From the IMG/VR virus record IMGVR_UViG_3300034062_003747, positions 13,826 to 77,825 of that record: 64,000 bases of DNA; one strand, written 5' to 3'. The position numbers and the translations under genes were made by a program. The stretch is from a virus. Positions 1 through 10,110 of the stretch are shown one piece after another; within the stretch, counting starts at the first letter, position 1; each line of letters starts with the position of its first letter. Under the pieces are notes generated by a model. That model saw only the letters and a program-made list of their open reading frames with translations, was not told the origin of the DNA and searched no databases.

Positions 1-272
1 ACGATATAATCATCACCATATATCTCATATACCTTACGAAGTTTAGAAACATCGACTTGTAATTTTTTAAGTAATCCTTGTATTCTCTTACCCTTAGAAT
101 CACACACCCAACAATGCCATTGTTGTGTATCTAAATTCACTTGGAGTTTCTTTTTATGATGATGACAGAATGGACAATAATGAGCCTGTTCATTTCCCTT
201 TAAGGCCGACCCCGGTCCTAAGACATCATCTAAAATACTAACGATTGTTAATTTATCTGTGTTTGATACCAT
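1..272 (-). CDS. DNA primase, N-terminal zinc-binding domain (runs off window edge)
   Basis: Manual translation from ATG at 272: MVSNTDKLTIVSILDDVLG...HYCPFCHHHKKKLQVNLDTQQWHCWVCDSKGK, a CHC2-type zinc ribbon typical of DnaG-like primases. Confidence 0.75.
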   Translation of the reverse strand, partial: MVSNTDKLTIVSILDDVLGPGSALKGNEQAHYCPFCHHHKKKLQVNLDTQQWHCWVCDSKGKRIQGLLKKLQVDVSKLRKVYEIYGDDYI

Positions 273-295
273 ATATTATAACGCTACTAATATAG

Positions 296-327
296 TAAAG
301 ATACGAAATAAATCTGATATTTCCAAA
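296..327 (-). promoter_or_regulatory. Bacteroidota-type sigma promoter (early/middle)
   Basis: Minus strand TTTGG...CGTATCTTTA, 32-bp unit matching seven other copies; resembles the -33 TTTG / -7 TAnnTTTG consensus. Confidence 0.7.
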
Positions 328-362
328 TTTATGTACGTTTATTATATTTGCATTAAGTCTAA

Positions 363-394
363 CAAAGATACGACAAATTTATGAGATTTCCAAA
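363..394 (-). promoter_or_regulatory. Bacteroidota-type sigma promoter (tandem copy upstream of primase)
   Basis: Minus strand TTTGG...CGTATCTTTG, same 32-bp spacing. Confidence 0.7.
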
Positions 395-783
395 TCTCTT
401 TTGAAGAATTTTCCCATTAAGTTCTCATTTAGAGATTTTTCATCTGCTAATACGTTGTTTGCAAATTGTTCTTGTAATTCGTAATATGTGAGGGCTTTCT
501 TTGATTGACAAAATCGTAGGATTTCTTTGGTAATGGGTTCATTTGTCCATGTTTTAACAACATCATTTGATGAACAATAATCTTGCCATTTCATTTCTTT
601 GACAACTTTACGATTTCGTTTATACCCCTTTAATGGGGCTAGAGTTCTATGTGAGTATAAACTTTTTTTACCAATATAATATTGGCCGGTTATATTGTGG
701 GTTATTTTATAAATAAAACCAATTGTACCTTCGGGCATTTCAGATATTTCTGATATAACTTTTTCTTTATATATCCAATTCAT
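379..783 (-). CDS. GIY-YIG superfamily nuclease-like protein
   Basis: GFIYKIT...YYIGKK motif, 134 aa. Confidence 0.6.
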   Translation of the reverse strand: MNWIYKEKVISEISEMPEGTIGFIYKITHNITGQYYIGKKSLYSHRTLAPLKGYKRNRKVVKEMKWQDYCSSNDVVKTWTNEPITKEILRFCQSKKALTYYELQEQFANNVLADEKSLNENLMGKFFKRDLEIS

Positions 784-1339
784 AATTAAAATTTTGAAAA
801 TCGTCTTTATATTTAGTTCTAACCCAATCTTTTATCCAATCTTCCCTATACAAAGATTTATAATATTTGTGTTGATTTAAAGTTGGGTGTCTTTCGTATA
901 TAGAGTTTTTATTCAGATGTGGTATTCTAGGAGTAGGGTGTCCTAATTTTTGGAATAGGAAATTTACATCGTTTGAGTAATTTTCATACCTGCCTATAAA
1001 ACTAATGTTTCGTTTTTCAGTTTTATTATTATTTACAAAAAATGTTTGAGGGAAATATAAGAAGTTGTATTCAAAAATAGATTTAATAAAATTACCAAAG
1101 GTTTTATTACACCCCATTCTCAATTCATGATGATACCACGATGCTAATCTTGTAAAAGGATTTCTAACAAATGTAAAAATAAAATAATCTTCAATATCTC
1201 CAAATGCGGATAAATCGTTATGTGTAGTTACAAACTCCGTTCCTTTAATTGTTGAGAGAATTTCACTAAGGGAGTTACCACCAGTTTTAGGTATATGAAG
1301 AAACGCCCACTTTTCGGAATGGTTTATTAATAACGCCAA
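767..1339 (-). CDS. Sulfotransferase family protein
   Basis: 5'-PSB loop HIPKTGGNS and 3'-PB motif FVRNPFTRLASWY, plus FIGRYEN. Confidence 0.8.
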   Translation of the reverse strand: MALLINHSEKWAFLHIPKTGGNSLSEILSTIKGTEFVTTHNDLSAFGDIEDYFIFTFVRNPFTRLASWYHHELRMGCNKTFGNFIKSIFEYNFLYFPQTFFVNNNKTEKRNISFIGRYENYSNDVNFLFQKLGHPTPRIPHLNKNSIYERHPTLNQHKYYKSLYREDWIKDWVRTKYKDDFQNFNYELDI

Positions 1340-1349
1340 ACGGATTTAT

Positions 1350-1532
1350 TTAAGGTTTAACGGTAGTAGAATACTTTGTATCTTTTAACTTACCACCTCT
1401 AGATTTAGCAAGTTTTGCTTCATCTACATTTGCTTTGAAAGATTTATCTTCAGAAAGAGGTGTCTTATCTTTAGATTTATCTGCCAATTTAGCAAAATCA
1501 GAATTTTTATATAAGTCTAATATACTAGCCAT
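1350..1532 (-). CDS. Small basic hypothetical protein
   Basis: 60-aa ORF tightly packed in the late operon. Confidence 0.55.
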   Translation of the reverse strand: MASILDLYKNSDFAKLADKSKDKTPLSEDKSFKANVDEAKLAKSRGGKLKDTKYSTTVKP

Positions 1533-1537
1533 ATTGA

Positions 1538-1744
1538 TTAATCCTCGTTATTTCTTTTTACAAATCTAACATTATCACCATGTTGGTTGGTTAAATCTGT
1601 ACGAACTTCTTCTTCTGCTGGATACCAGAAGTAAGCAAACTCTGGTGTATTTTCTTGATTTACAAACAATTGGTCTGCAGTTTCTTGAGAAATATTTTCT
1701 TCAATTATAGAATTATCTATCTTAATAATATTAAATGTTGCCAT
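1538..1744 (-). CDS. Hypothetical protein
   Basis: 68-aa ORF downstream of the late motif at 1772-1780. Confidence 0.55.
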   Translation of the reverse strand: MATFNIIKIDNSIIEENISQETADQLFVNQENTPEFAYFWYPAEEEVRTDLTNQHGDNVRFVKRNNED

Positions 1745-1771
1745 AGTATGTTTTTGGTTTTTTATTACTTA

Positions 1772-1780
1772 TATAAATAT
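1772..1780 (-). promoter_or_regulatory. Putative late promoter ATATTTATA
   Basis: Intergenic tataaatat on + strand; recurs upstream of about ten minus-strand genes. Confidence 0.6.
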
Positions 1781-1793
1781 AACATTTTTATTT

Positions 1794-2924
1794 TTAAGTA
1801 TCAAATCGAACTAAAAAGTTAAGATTGTAATCTGGTAAGTTTTTTATTGGTTTTGGTAATTTAGCAACAACTAATAGATTATCATCATCATCGTATAATC
1901 CAATTGTAGTAATGTAGGTAGTTAAATAAGAACCATTCGGGTCAATTGAACCACTTGTATAGTAATCCTCCCACGAACCACTAACCGAACCATACGACCC
2001 GCTAAAAAACTCTCTACGGGATATATCTGATACCTCTTTTATTCTTTTAGTTCCTGCCGGGAATGAGTTGTTCACTCCTGTTATTTCAACATCATATGAA
2101 CCACTAACTAATACGTTAACTGCAGTTGGGTTTTGTGAATAATTAAATTCTCCGCTATTAGCAGAAATTAAAACTTCGGTTTCATATATTGTTTGAGTTG
2201 AACGATAATCTAATGAATATTCATCAAAAAGAATATCATCAGTCATAACAATTAATCCATCATCATAAAATACGTTACCATGTACTTTTGTTTTTATATC
2301 AGTATTATCAAACGTTAATTTAGCCGTAAAATTAATTTTATTATTTTGAAAATCAATTGCAATTATAAAATATTCATCAGTATCTCCATTATAAATTAAA
2401 GTAGATGACCCATCATTTAAATCCATTGATACGACTTCGATATTATAAACACCGATTCCATCATTAATAGTTAAATACCCAACCCCATTATTATCTAAAT
2501 CAAGACTAACTAATGTATATGAATTACCAACTTCTCTAATAATACCATGTCCATCATCAACAAAATCTAATCCACCTGCAGTCAATACAACACTTTGTTT
2601 TTTTATCTCCTCACCAAATCGATTTCTATCAATTGGTATTATCTGAAATGTATTAGGAAGTTTTCGTTCATATGCTAACTCTGCTAAATTTTCTGATGAA
2701 CCAAATGTTGTAAATGCATTACCTTCTTGTGAATAGTATTTACTTTTTAATGAATTATATAAGGTATGAACAAAATAACCTTCACTTTTGTCTGAGTTTT
2801 CATCAAATAAACCTGTTTCATTATATACCTTTATGATAGGATATTCTCCCTCATTAGTATTCCAAAGTTTATATACATTGAAAGACCTTTTAGATATATT
2901 TGATTTGGGTATTGATTTAAACAT
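1794..2924 (-). CDS. Virion tail/baseplate protein
   Basis: C-terminal YITTIGLYDDDDNLLVVAKLPKPIK shared with 3042..4259; structural module context. Confidence 0.6.
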   Translation of the reverse strand: MFKSIPKSNISKRSFNVYKLWNTNEGEYPIIKVYNETGLFDENSDKSEGYFVHTLYNSLKSKYYSQEGNAFTTFGSSENLAELAYERKLPNTFQIIPIDRNRFGEEIKKQSVVLTAGGLDFVDDGHGIIREVGNSYTLVSLDLDNNGVGYLTINDGIGVYNIEVVSMDLNDGSSTLIYNGDTDEYFIIAIDFQNNKINFTAKLTFDNTDIKTKVHGNVFYDDGLIVMTDDILFDEYSLDYRSTQTIYETEVLISANSGEFNYSQNPTAVNVLVSGSYDVEITGVNNSFPAGTKRIKEVSDISRREFFSGSYGSVSGSWEDYYTSGSIDPNGSYLTTYITTIGLYDDDDNLLVVAKLPKPIKNLPDYNLNFLVRFDT

Positions 2925-2941
2925 AGTGAATTCCTTACCTA

Positions 2942-2950
2942 TATAAGTAT
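2942..2950 (-). promoter_or_regulatory. Putative late promoter variant ATACTTATA
   Basis: One-mismatch copy just downstream of a terminator hairpin. Confidence 0.45.
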
Positions 2951-2960
2951 TTTAATAACT

Positions 2961-2990
2961 AAAAACCCAACTTTTTAGGGTTGGGTTCTT
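2961..2990 (-). terminator. Intrinsic terminator
   Basis: AACCCAAC/GTTGGGTT stem followed by T-run on minus strand. Confidence 0.65.
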
Positions 2991-3041
2991 TAAATATGTT
3001 ATTTGGTTTTTGTTCTACGATACTCCCAAATAATTTTTTAA

Positions 3042-4259
3042 TTAGAAATCTAATTTAACCGCTATTAAAACTTCTTTATCAAACGATTTTGCAATCGGTT
3101 GTGAAGTTTTAGCAACTGCTAACATTTCGTTAGCATCGTTGTATAGACCAATTGTTGTAATATATGTTCTCGGGTCTCTTTCAAATGTTGATTCTTGAAA
3201 AGAACCATCAGATGAACCACTTGTAAATGTTGGATTATTTGTAAAATTAAATTCTCTATTTGTTGCTCTCACAAAGTAATGAGATGTAGAAACGTTTTCG
3301 GTTCTTCTTGCTTGAAAATCACCACCACCCTTTATTGCGTTGTACAATAAAAATTGATTTTTACCTTCATATGCAACACCATCATAAATTGATTTTCCAC
3401 CAACTGAACCACTATCTATTGATGTACCTATTTTTGAATGAATTGCTGTGGGATTTAATACAATAAGACCCTGGTCTGGGTAAAATAATCCAAATCCACG
3501 TCCATTACTATCATATCTACCATCAATCGTTGCTTCAGACTCTTGTCCTAAATTTAAAGAACCAGATACTACATAAAATAATCTACCTGCTTTACCAACG
3601 GTATCAGAGAATTTTTTACCACTATCATCTATAAAGGTAGTTATACCATTTGAGCCACTTAGGGATAATTCCCAGTTCCCCGCATCCATTGTTTCTTTAT
3701 ATCTAGCCCTTGCTACGTTAATAATGTAGATATCGTTTGAATTATGTAATCCTTCACCTGATGCTGAATCAAATGTGAAAAATTCATCCGTTTGGTCTAA
3801 TAAAATAGAACGATATTGTGCATATGTTGCTTTTGTTGCTAGGGTTGAATCATCATCAATGTTTAATGAAACCGAACCACTCGCATATTTGTGTCCATAT
3901 GCTACAGCAAATTGAATATCATCCGAACCAGATTTATAAACATTTAAATAATAATTTGAACTTACTGCTACAGCTTGAGTTGAAGATGTTGCATAGGCAG
4001 TTAAACTTCCCGTATCACCACTCCAAAGACCAGTTGTTACAACTTCTACCTTACCTGTAATTTGGTCGAATTCGCCAAATCTTTTGTAAATACCGGTTGT
4101 AATTGAACCACCCTGTGCAGCTAATTTATCACCACCTGTCACATATTGGTTTATAAGATTTGATAATTGCTCGGTAGTTATATTTCCATTACTAGATTGC
4201 AAATATGCTGCTAATTCTGATGTTAAATTTACTCCTGCTTGTCCTGTAATTTGTGCCAT
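3042..4259 (-). CDS. Virion tail/baseplate protein
   Basis: C-terminal YITTIGLYNDANEMLAVAKTSQPIAK; Gly/Ser/Thr-rich, beta-type composition. Confidence 0.6.
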   Translation of the reverse strand: MAQITGQAGVNLTSELAAYLQSSNGNITTEQLSNLINQYVTGGDKLAAQGGSITTGIYKRFGEFDQITGKVEVVTTGLWSGDTGSLTAYATSSTQAVAVSSNYYLNVYKSGSDDIQFAVAYGHKYASGSVSLNIDDDSTLATKATYAQYRSILLDQTDEFFTFDSASGEGLHNSNDIYIINVARARYKETMDAGNWELSLSGSNGITTFIDDSGKKFSDTVGKAGRLFYVVSGSLNLGQESEATIDGRYDSNGRGFGLFYPDQGLIVLNPTAIHSKIGTSIDSGSVGGKSIYDGVAYEGKNQFLLYNAIKGGGDFQARRTENVSTSHYFVRATNREFNFTNNPTFTSGSSDGSFQESTFERDPRTYITTIGLYNDANEMLAVAKTSQPIAKSFDKEVLIAVKLDF

Positions 4260-4276
4260 ATTATTTTATTCTCCGT

Positions 4277-4900
4277 TTAAGCTATATAAGATACGGTCAC
4301 AGGGATAGTTTGAGAACCACCTGTTTCGTTACCATATACTGTTATAGTTGTCTTAATAGTTTGTGTTGTATTTGGGTTAGGAATGAATGAGAATGTTAAT
4401 CCTCTTTCTACTGCTGCAGTTGTTGTGATTTCATCGCCTAAGAATACCGGAATTGTACCCGTTCCTGCTGCGATACCACTACCAACAATTGAACCTGCAT
4501 TTTTATTTGCTAATACAATTGTGTATCCTGCTTGTCCGTTTCCACTTGGTGATGTTGTTGGAGTTAAAGATACCTGACCACTTCTTTGGTTTACTGAAAT
4601 TGAAGGAACACCAAATTCTACTTTAGGAATTTTAGTTGTACCTTTTGGTAAAGTTACCAATTTATATTTTAGAACTTGAGTTTCATCAGGAGATGCTTCA
4701 GTTACAGGAATCGCAATGATTGCTGCATCATAATAAGCAGAACCCTTTGGGTGTGCTGGTTCATAAAGTGTGTAATCAATCTCATCATCACCTAATGCGA
4801 ATTTAGTAATGTTAAGACCTTCTCCAGATGCTAATTTTTCTCTACCTTTCTTAGTAAGAATCGCATCAACTGTGATTTCGGAATTATCTAAGTATGCCAT
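4277..4900 (-). CDS. Virion tail/baseplate protein (tail-collar-like N-terminus)
   Basis: AILTKKGREKLA...ITKFALGDD resembles the N-terminal segment of P2-type tail fibre attachment domains (DUF3751-like). Confidence 0.55.
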   Translation of the reverse strand: MAYLDNSEITVDAILTKKGREKLASGEGLNITKFALGDDEIDYTLYEPAHPKGSAYYDAAIIAIPVTEASPDETQVLKYKLVTLPKGTTKIPKVEFGVPSISVNQRSGQVSLTPTTSPSGNGQAGYTIVLANKNAGSIVGSGIAAGTGTIPVFLGDEITTTAAVERGLTFSFIPNPNTTQTIKTTITVYGNETGGSQTIPVTVSYIA

Positions 4901-4930
4901 AATTTTTGTATTTTCTTTTTTACTTTCGTA

Positions 4931-4939
4931 TATAAATAT
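4931..4939 (-). promoter_or_regulatory. Putative late promoter ATATTTATA
   Basis: Intergenic motif 30 nt upstream of the ATG at 4900. Confidence 0.6.
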
Positions 4940-4958
4940 AAGTATTTAATAATTTTCA

Positions 4959-7900
4959 TTAATCAACCACTAAAATTGGTTCTCCACTTCCTCTACCTGT
5001 ATCTGAAACTTTTAGTATATTAGGGTTAGTTGTGAACGTTTGAACCGGTGCACCACCTAAAATATTAGTTGCAGCGGTTTGTTTGGACCCATTAAAATAA
5101 CTATTTTGTAATCCGGTTGATAAATCACCAGTATTTCTATAATGGGTTGAGAAATACCCATTTAAAGGAGTTACCTCTACGATATTTCCACCGACTGCAG
5201 GAGCAGTGATTTCAAACCCATCGGAACCAGTAAATGGTAGTATAGTAACTTTTGTTCTATAAAACGGAGTCGAAACTAATTGTGTTCCCATACTTTTATC
5301 TAACGCGTTTATGTTTTCAGGTATATTTTTTAAATAACTTTCTTTTATTAAAAATACTTTATTTCTTTCTTTTATAAAATTACCCCAAACATCTATATAT
5401 GTTCTAATTACATTTCCATCCGAACCAAACAACCCAAATCCGGCAACAGATAAAGAATTTTTATCTAATCCGATTTGAATAAATTCAGTTTGGTCGTATT
5501 CACCAGTTATCGAACCTGTTATTGTAGCATCAATATGTGCAAATATTCCACCCATTGTTTTGGTTGAATCGGTTGTAATTGTTCCAAACACGTTTGTAGT
5601 ACTAAATGTATCTACTTCTCCATTATAAGAATTATTTGTTGCAACTAAATTTAAATCCTCCTGTGTTTGTATTTCAACAGAATATTGTGGGGTTGTTACA
5701 TTTAAAGCAATTGCATTAGATGTGGAAATAAATGCATTTATATTTTGGTATGATGCAAATTGGTTTGTAGTTTCATTAGTATCAATAGTAACTTCATGTT
5801 GAGCATTTACTGCGGATGGCTTGTTCCATTTAACTTTACTTCTTTCTAAAATATGTGGTTCAATTAATAAACCAGATGAAACCTTTGCCCTTGCAGGAAC
5901 TAATGATTCTAATGTTTCAAAAAGTGATTTATCAATATATCTTACTAATTGAATATATTCGTGAGTATTTAAATTATATCGTTGAAAATAATAATTTCTT
6001 AAAGTAGCTAAATCTGAATATGAATCGCTATATTCATCTGCAGGATTACCAATATAATCATCTATATTAAATTCACCCAAAGAACGTAGAATATCCATAT
6101 TCACTTCTTTCATAGGTGAGAAAAATAATCCCAATCTATCCGTATCTATTGGTGCCTGGTCATATGATTTTTTAGTTGCTCTACTTTTATAGTTTAAATC
6201 TGATTCTAAAGTTTGTGTTTCAAAACGGAATTTATTTCCTACGGTCAATCCACTTGAAGGAACTTTTGCTGTTACAGTTCTTTCATATGGAATGTAATTA
6301 TATGGATAATCCGCTATTCCATCAGCTGGGTTTGATATATCAACTAATGGGAAATTATGAACACTTGCACTAGTTGCATAATTTTGTATAATTGCAACAT
6401 TATTAATACTACCTCCTACACTTAAATCTTTTGGATATTCAAAATCTAAACGGAATAATAAATCAACCGATGATGCAGAAATATGTGAACCATCAATTGC
6501 ATCTGGTAATAGAGTATGATTATCAATACGAGATTCTGGTAATGGTGTTCTCCATAAACGGAATTCATCTAATGAACCGGTTAATCCTTCACCAACGTAT
6601 AATATAGAACCACTTTTCCAAGTAGTTGAACCAATTGGTAATGGGTCTGAAATTTTGATTACTTCATTTCGGATTCTTCCTTGAAATCCTTCTTTTAAAT
6701 ATAATTCAAATACTTCAGTAGTAGAACCAGTTCTTCTATTTAAAACAATATTTGTATATGCATCATTGTAGAATGGCATATAATCAGTAGATACTGACGA
6801 GGCTGAATTGCTGCCTGTAATTTTAAATTCTAATTTAGCAAGAGAACCAGTGCCTGGTACTAAATCTAATACCCATTTATCAGTTCTTAATAAACGTTGA
6901 GTAACACTACTTTGTAAAGTATTAATACTAAATTCAATTGCATTAGGAAAATCAGTTCCATTAGTATCAGAATAATTTTTAAACGGAATTTGTAAGAATG
7001 AACCGGTTTCAAAGTGTAAAGCACAGGTTCTATCATCAAATGTAAATGTTGTAGTCGCATCAGATGATGGGTCTTGTGGTCCACCATATTCCATTATTGT
7101 TAACATGGATGTCGGGATACCATAACAAGCCATTGCTGCACTTAATGCCCTTTTTGTACCCTTATGTTTTAATAGGTATGGTAAGTTATTTAGTATTCGT
7201 CTCCATATTTGATGTTGACGAGATTTTCCACTCATTGATGATGAAGATGAACCATCTGAATTCTTACCGAATGCATATTCCCATAGGTATTGAGATTGAA
7301 CCCCCATATCGGCGTTCCAACCCAATGATTCTAGCATATGATATATTAAATCATTACCAATACCATCTTCGTATTTGTGTTCTAATTTTTTAGATTGTGC
7401 AATTCCTTTTGTATATGACCATAGGGTATCAAAGTGTTGACCCATCATATTCAAAAATAAAACAAACTCAGCATTTTCAGCATCGTTTGTAATATGTGCC
7501 GGAATATTATTTACTAATATATTTTTGTTATTGTAATCGTATTGTTGTGCATCATCTATGATTCCATTATACCAATCGGTAACTGAAGAATCCGTAGATT
7601 GACTTACAGAATTACCTCCGGCACCGGGATATGTTAATTCATATGAACCAGATGTTGTGTAGAGATATTTTTCAAATCCATCAAATCCGGCTTTAACTTT
7701 ATTTTTACTTTCAACGTGTTTTTGTAATTCTAATGATGATGTTACCGAACCAGATATATATGATAAACTACTTGATACAAAATTTATTTTAGTATCATAA
7801 AATTCAATTAATTCTACTTTATATAAAAAGTTTTTTACTCGTTCTTCTGCTGATGAGTATTTTACAAAATTAGACCACGCATAAGTTGAACCACTTTCAT

Positions 7901-10082
7901 ACTGAATGTTTAAATTCTCTAATGAAAATTCGCTTGAACTTACATATGAGTTAATTAAATCAGTTGATGTGTTAGACCCACTTGCTAATAAATCATCTAA
8001 TATTTGATACCCAATTTCATCACCAATTGTTACATTAAAATTTGGTTTTAATGGAGTACAATCACTTTTTAATTCATCAATAATAGTAACTTGTTCTATT
8101 ATAGGAATTGATTGAATTTTAGATATCCATAATTGTTGGTTAGGTTGTATTTCACGAGGAAGAGGTTCGTATAACTTTAAAACTAAAGATTTTTGTTCTT
8201 TAGATTTAGTACGAGTTCCTGTTTCTGCATCCGTTTTATATTCAGAAAAAGTTTCAGTATCAACTCCCCACGTCGCAATTAATTTATTATCACCATCACC
8301 TAAGTGTAGATAGTGAGTTAAAAATTTAGAAATTTCTTCCTCTAATATTTTTTCGTCTAAATTAATTTCAAACGCACTTCTAATATCTGCAATTACTTTA
8401 CCTCTTCGTAATTTTAAATCTCCCTTATCAAATAAAATAGAAATTCTTTCAATCTTACCTTCGGTTAATTCATCACCTTCTTGATTAAATGGAATTAATA
8501 AAATTTCAAATTGAACCTTATCAGTATCTTCATTAAATTGATTTTGTGCTTTCTTTAAAACATCCTCTACATTTAATGTAATTAATCCTGCAGGTGATAA
8601 TTTACCAATTGCATATTGTTTATCATACTTTGAGACATACATCTCAATGTAGTTTGTATTAATTGATTGCCAACTAATATCAAACTCAACATTAAATCCT
8701 TTAAAATCCGCACCTTTAATATTCTGCGGATAATTAATATGGGTAATATCTGGTCCTGGTAGATAGTATTTGTTAACTACATTAATTGTAATCTTTGTAG
8801 TCTGACCACTACCTGCTCTATCCGAACGAGGTTGTAGATAAACTACATAGTTACCAACCCCATTATAAAAATCGTTTTTAGATAAAACAAGTGAACCATT
8901 TGGGGATAGTGTACGCTGAGTAGACCCTAATGAATAGATAATCTCCGATGCATTAACACTATTATATGGTATGTTTAAATTATTATTACCTGCTATATTA
9001 AATTCAAACGATATACCCTCAGTTCGTAATGTAGGTGCATCTGCTTGGGGTATATTATCATTTGATTTTTTAGATACTGAAATATTAACTATTGCATCAT
9101 CAATTCCTGGTTCTAATTTAAAATCTAATCTATCATACTTAACACTATTTCCTTTTGTAATTACTTCATATACAACCGAATGTGTTTGTGTAGATAATCC
9201 ATTTGAAATAAAATCAATACAGTAAGCACTATCTAAATTAGGTGAAAAATTAAATTCAGTTCTACCAGATATAACGTTTCCTGTCACACCATTTGATATA
9301 CGATATGATATTAAATCATTTTGATAAACATCACCATTTATTTGTATCCTTGCAAAAGCCTGAGGAAGTGGGTCAATTGGTACTGGAAATGTTTTTAAAT
9401 CAAATTTTAATGTCGTACTTAATACGGCATCAGTTTCAGTACTTTTTTCTAATATATTTTGTTGAATAAAATTACCACCAATTAATTTTTCAATTATCAA
9501 CTGATAATAGGTAAAATATACTACACTTTCATATACTTTTGGTCTTTCTACCCTTTTTCTAATTACTGCGTTTGGATTATTAGGGTCTTCTTCAAATGTA
9601 TAGCCAACCACATCATCAAATGGAATTTCTACAAGAGTTTGTTTTCTATTTTCTTTTTTTAGAGTATAAACCTTATAAACATCTGAAGATTCTACTCCTG
9701 ATTTTTGAAGTGTTATTTGTTTGGGAGTAAGTAATTCTTTTTGATTAAATCGTAATTCGGTAGGGGTTGATTTTACATTTTGAATTACACCATCTACCAA
9801 TACTATTCCATCTTGTGGATTAGATTGTATTCCAATTTGAATTTCTAAATTTTGTGTATTGTATACATCAGTTGGTGCATAGGTACATGAACCATCATTA
9901 TATGTAGCAGATGAATCATAATTATTGGCACGTGGGTCAGTACAACCAAATTTTGGTGAAGTTGGATTTCCACCACCTCCACTATTTGGTGCCGGTATAT
10001 TATTACTCCCACCGCCGCTAAATGAACCACCAGTATCTACATACACCGCGTTTCCGTCATTTATATTATACCCATTTGCCAT
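4959..10082 (-). CDS. Large virion structural protein (baseplate wedge-like, LamG-like segment)
   Basis: 1707 aa; LLKHKGTKRAL wedge-type motif; LTGSLDEFRLW LamG-like motif; N-terminal GCTD...DGSC repeat. Confidence 0.6.
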   Translation of the reverse strand: MANGYNINDGNAVYVDTGGSFSGGGSNNIPAPNSGGGGNPTSPKFGCTDPRANNYDSSATYNDGSCTYAPTDVYNTQNLEIQIGIQSNPQDGIVLVDGVIQNVKSTPTELRFNQKELLTPKQITLQKSGVESSDVYKVYTLKKENRKQTLVEIPFDDVVGYTFEEDPNNPNAVIRKRVERPKVYESVVYFTYYQLIIEKLIGGNFIQQNILEKSTETDAVLSTTLKFDLKTFPVPIDPLPQAFARIQINGDVYQNDLISYRISNGVTGNVISGRTEFNFSPNLDSAYCIDFISNGLSTQTHSVVYEVITKGNSVKYDRLDFKLEPGIDDAIVNISVSKKSNDNIPQADAPTLRTEGISFEFNIAGNNNLNIPYNSVNASEIIYSLGSTQRTLSPNGSLVLSKNDFYNGVGNYVVYLQPRSDRAGSGQTTKITINVVNKYYLPGPDITHINYPQNIKGADFKGFNVEFDISWQSINTNYIEMYVSKYDKQYAIGKLSPAGLITLNVEDVLKKAQNQFNEDTDKVQFEILLIPFNQEGDELTEGKIERISILFDKGDLKLRRGKVIADIRSAFEINLDEKILEEEISKFLTHYLHLGDGDNKLIATWGVDTETFSEYKTDAETGTRTKSKEQKSLVLKLYEPLPREIQPNQQLWISKIQSIPIIEQVTIIDELKSDCTPLKPNFNVTIGDEIGYQILDDLLASGSNTSTDLINSYVSSSEFSLENLNIQYESGSTYAWSNFVKYSSAEERVKNFLYKVELIEFYDTKINFVSSSLSYISGSVTSSLELQKHVESKNKVKAGFDGFEKYLYTTSGSYELTYPGAGGNSVSQSTDSSVTDWYNGIIDDAQQYDYNNKNILVNNIPAHITNDAENAEFVLFLNMMGQHFDTLWSYTKGIAQSKKLEHKYEDGIGNDLIYHMLESLGWNADMGVQSQYLWEYAFGKNSDGSSSSSMSGKSRQHQIWRRILNNLPYLLKHKGTKRALSAAMACYGIPTSMLTIMEYGGPQDPSSDATTTFTFDDRTCALHFETGSFLQIPFKNYSDTNGTDFPNAIEFSINTLQSSVTQRLLRTDKWVLDLVPGTGSLAKLEFKITGSNSASSVSTDYMPFYNDAYTNIVLNRRTGSTTEVFELYLKEGFQGRIRNEVIKISDPLPIGSTTWKSGSILYVGEGLTGSLDEFRLWRTPLPESRIDNHTLLPDAIDGSHISASSVDLLFRLDFEYPKDLSVGGSINNVAIIQNYATSASVHNFPLVDISNPADGIADYPYNYIPYERTVTAKVPSSGLTVGNKFRFETQTLESDLNYKSRATKKSYDQAPIDTDRLGLFFSPMKEVNMDILRSLGEFNIDDYIGNPADEYSDSYSDLATLRNYYFQRYNLNTHEYIQLVRYIDKSLFETLESLVPARAKVSSGLLIEPHILERSKVKWNKPSAVNAQHEVTIDTNETTNQFASYQNINAFISTSNAIALNVTTPQYSVEIQTQEDLNLVATNNSYNGEVDTFSTTNVFGTITTDSTKTMGGIFAHIDATITGSITGEYDQTEFIQIGLDKNSLSVAGFGLFGSDGNVIRTYIDVWGNFIKERNKVFLIKESYLKNIPENINALDKSMGTQLVSTPFYRTKVTILPFTGSDGFEITAPAVGGNIVEVTPLNGYFSTHYRNTGDLSTGLQNSYFNGSKQTAATNILGGAPVQTFTTNPNILKVSDTGRGSGEPILVVD
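9879..9947 (-). repeat. GCxD-x2-A-x-NY...DGSC-x-Y protein repeat (copy 3)
   Basis: GCTDPRANNYDSSATYNDGSCTY. Confidence 0.8.
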
Positions 10083-10100
10083 AGTTATCTATCCTCGTCT

Positions 10101-10109
10101 TATAAATAT
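10101..10109 (-). promoter_or_regulatory. Putative late promoter ATATTTATA
   Basis: Intergenic motif 18 nt upstream of the ATG at 10082. Confidence 0.6.
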
Positions 10110-10110
10110 G

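Noticed and set aside
379-783. Mobile homing endonuclease
   Set aside because: Only a short GIY-YIG-like domain with no DNA-binding extension and no interrupted host gene
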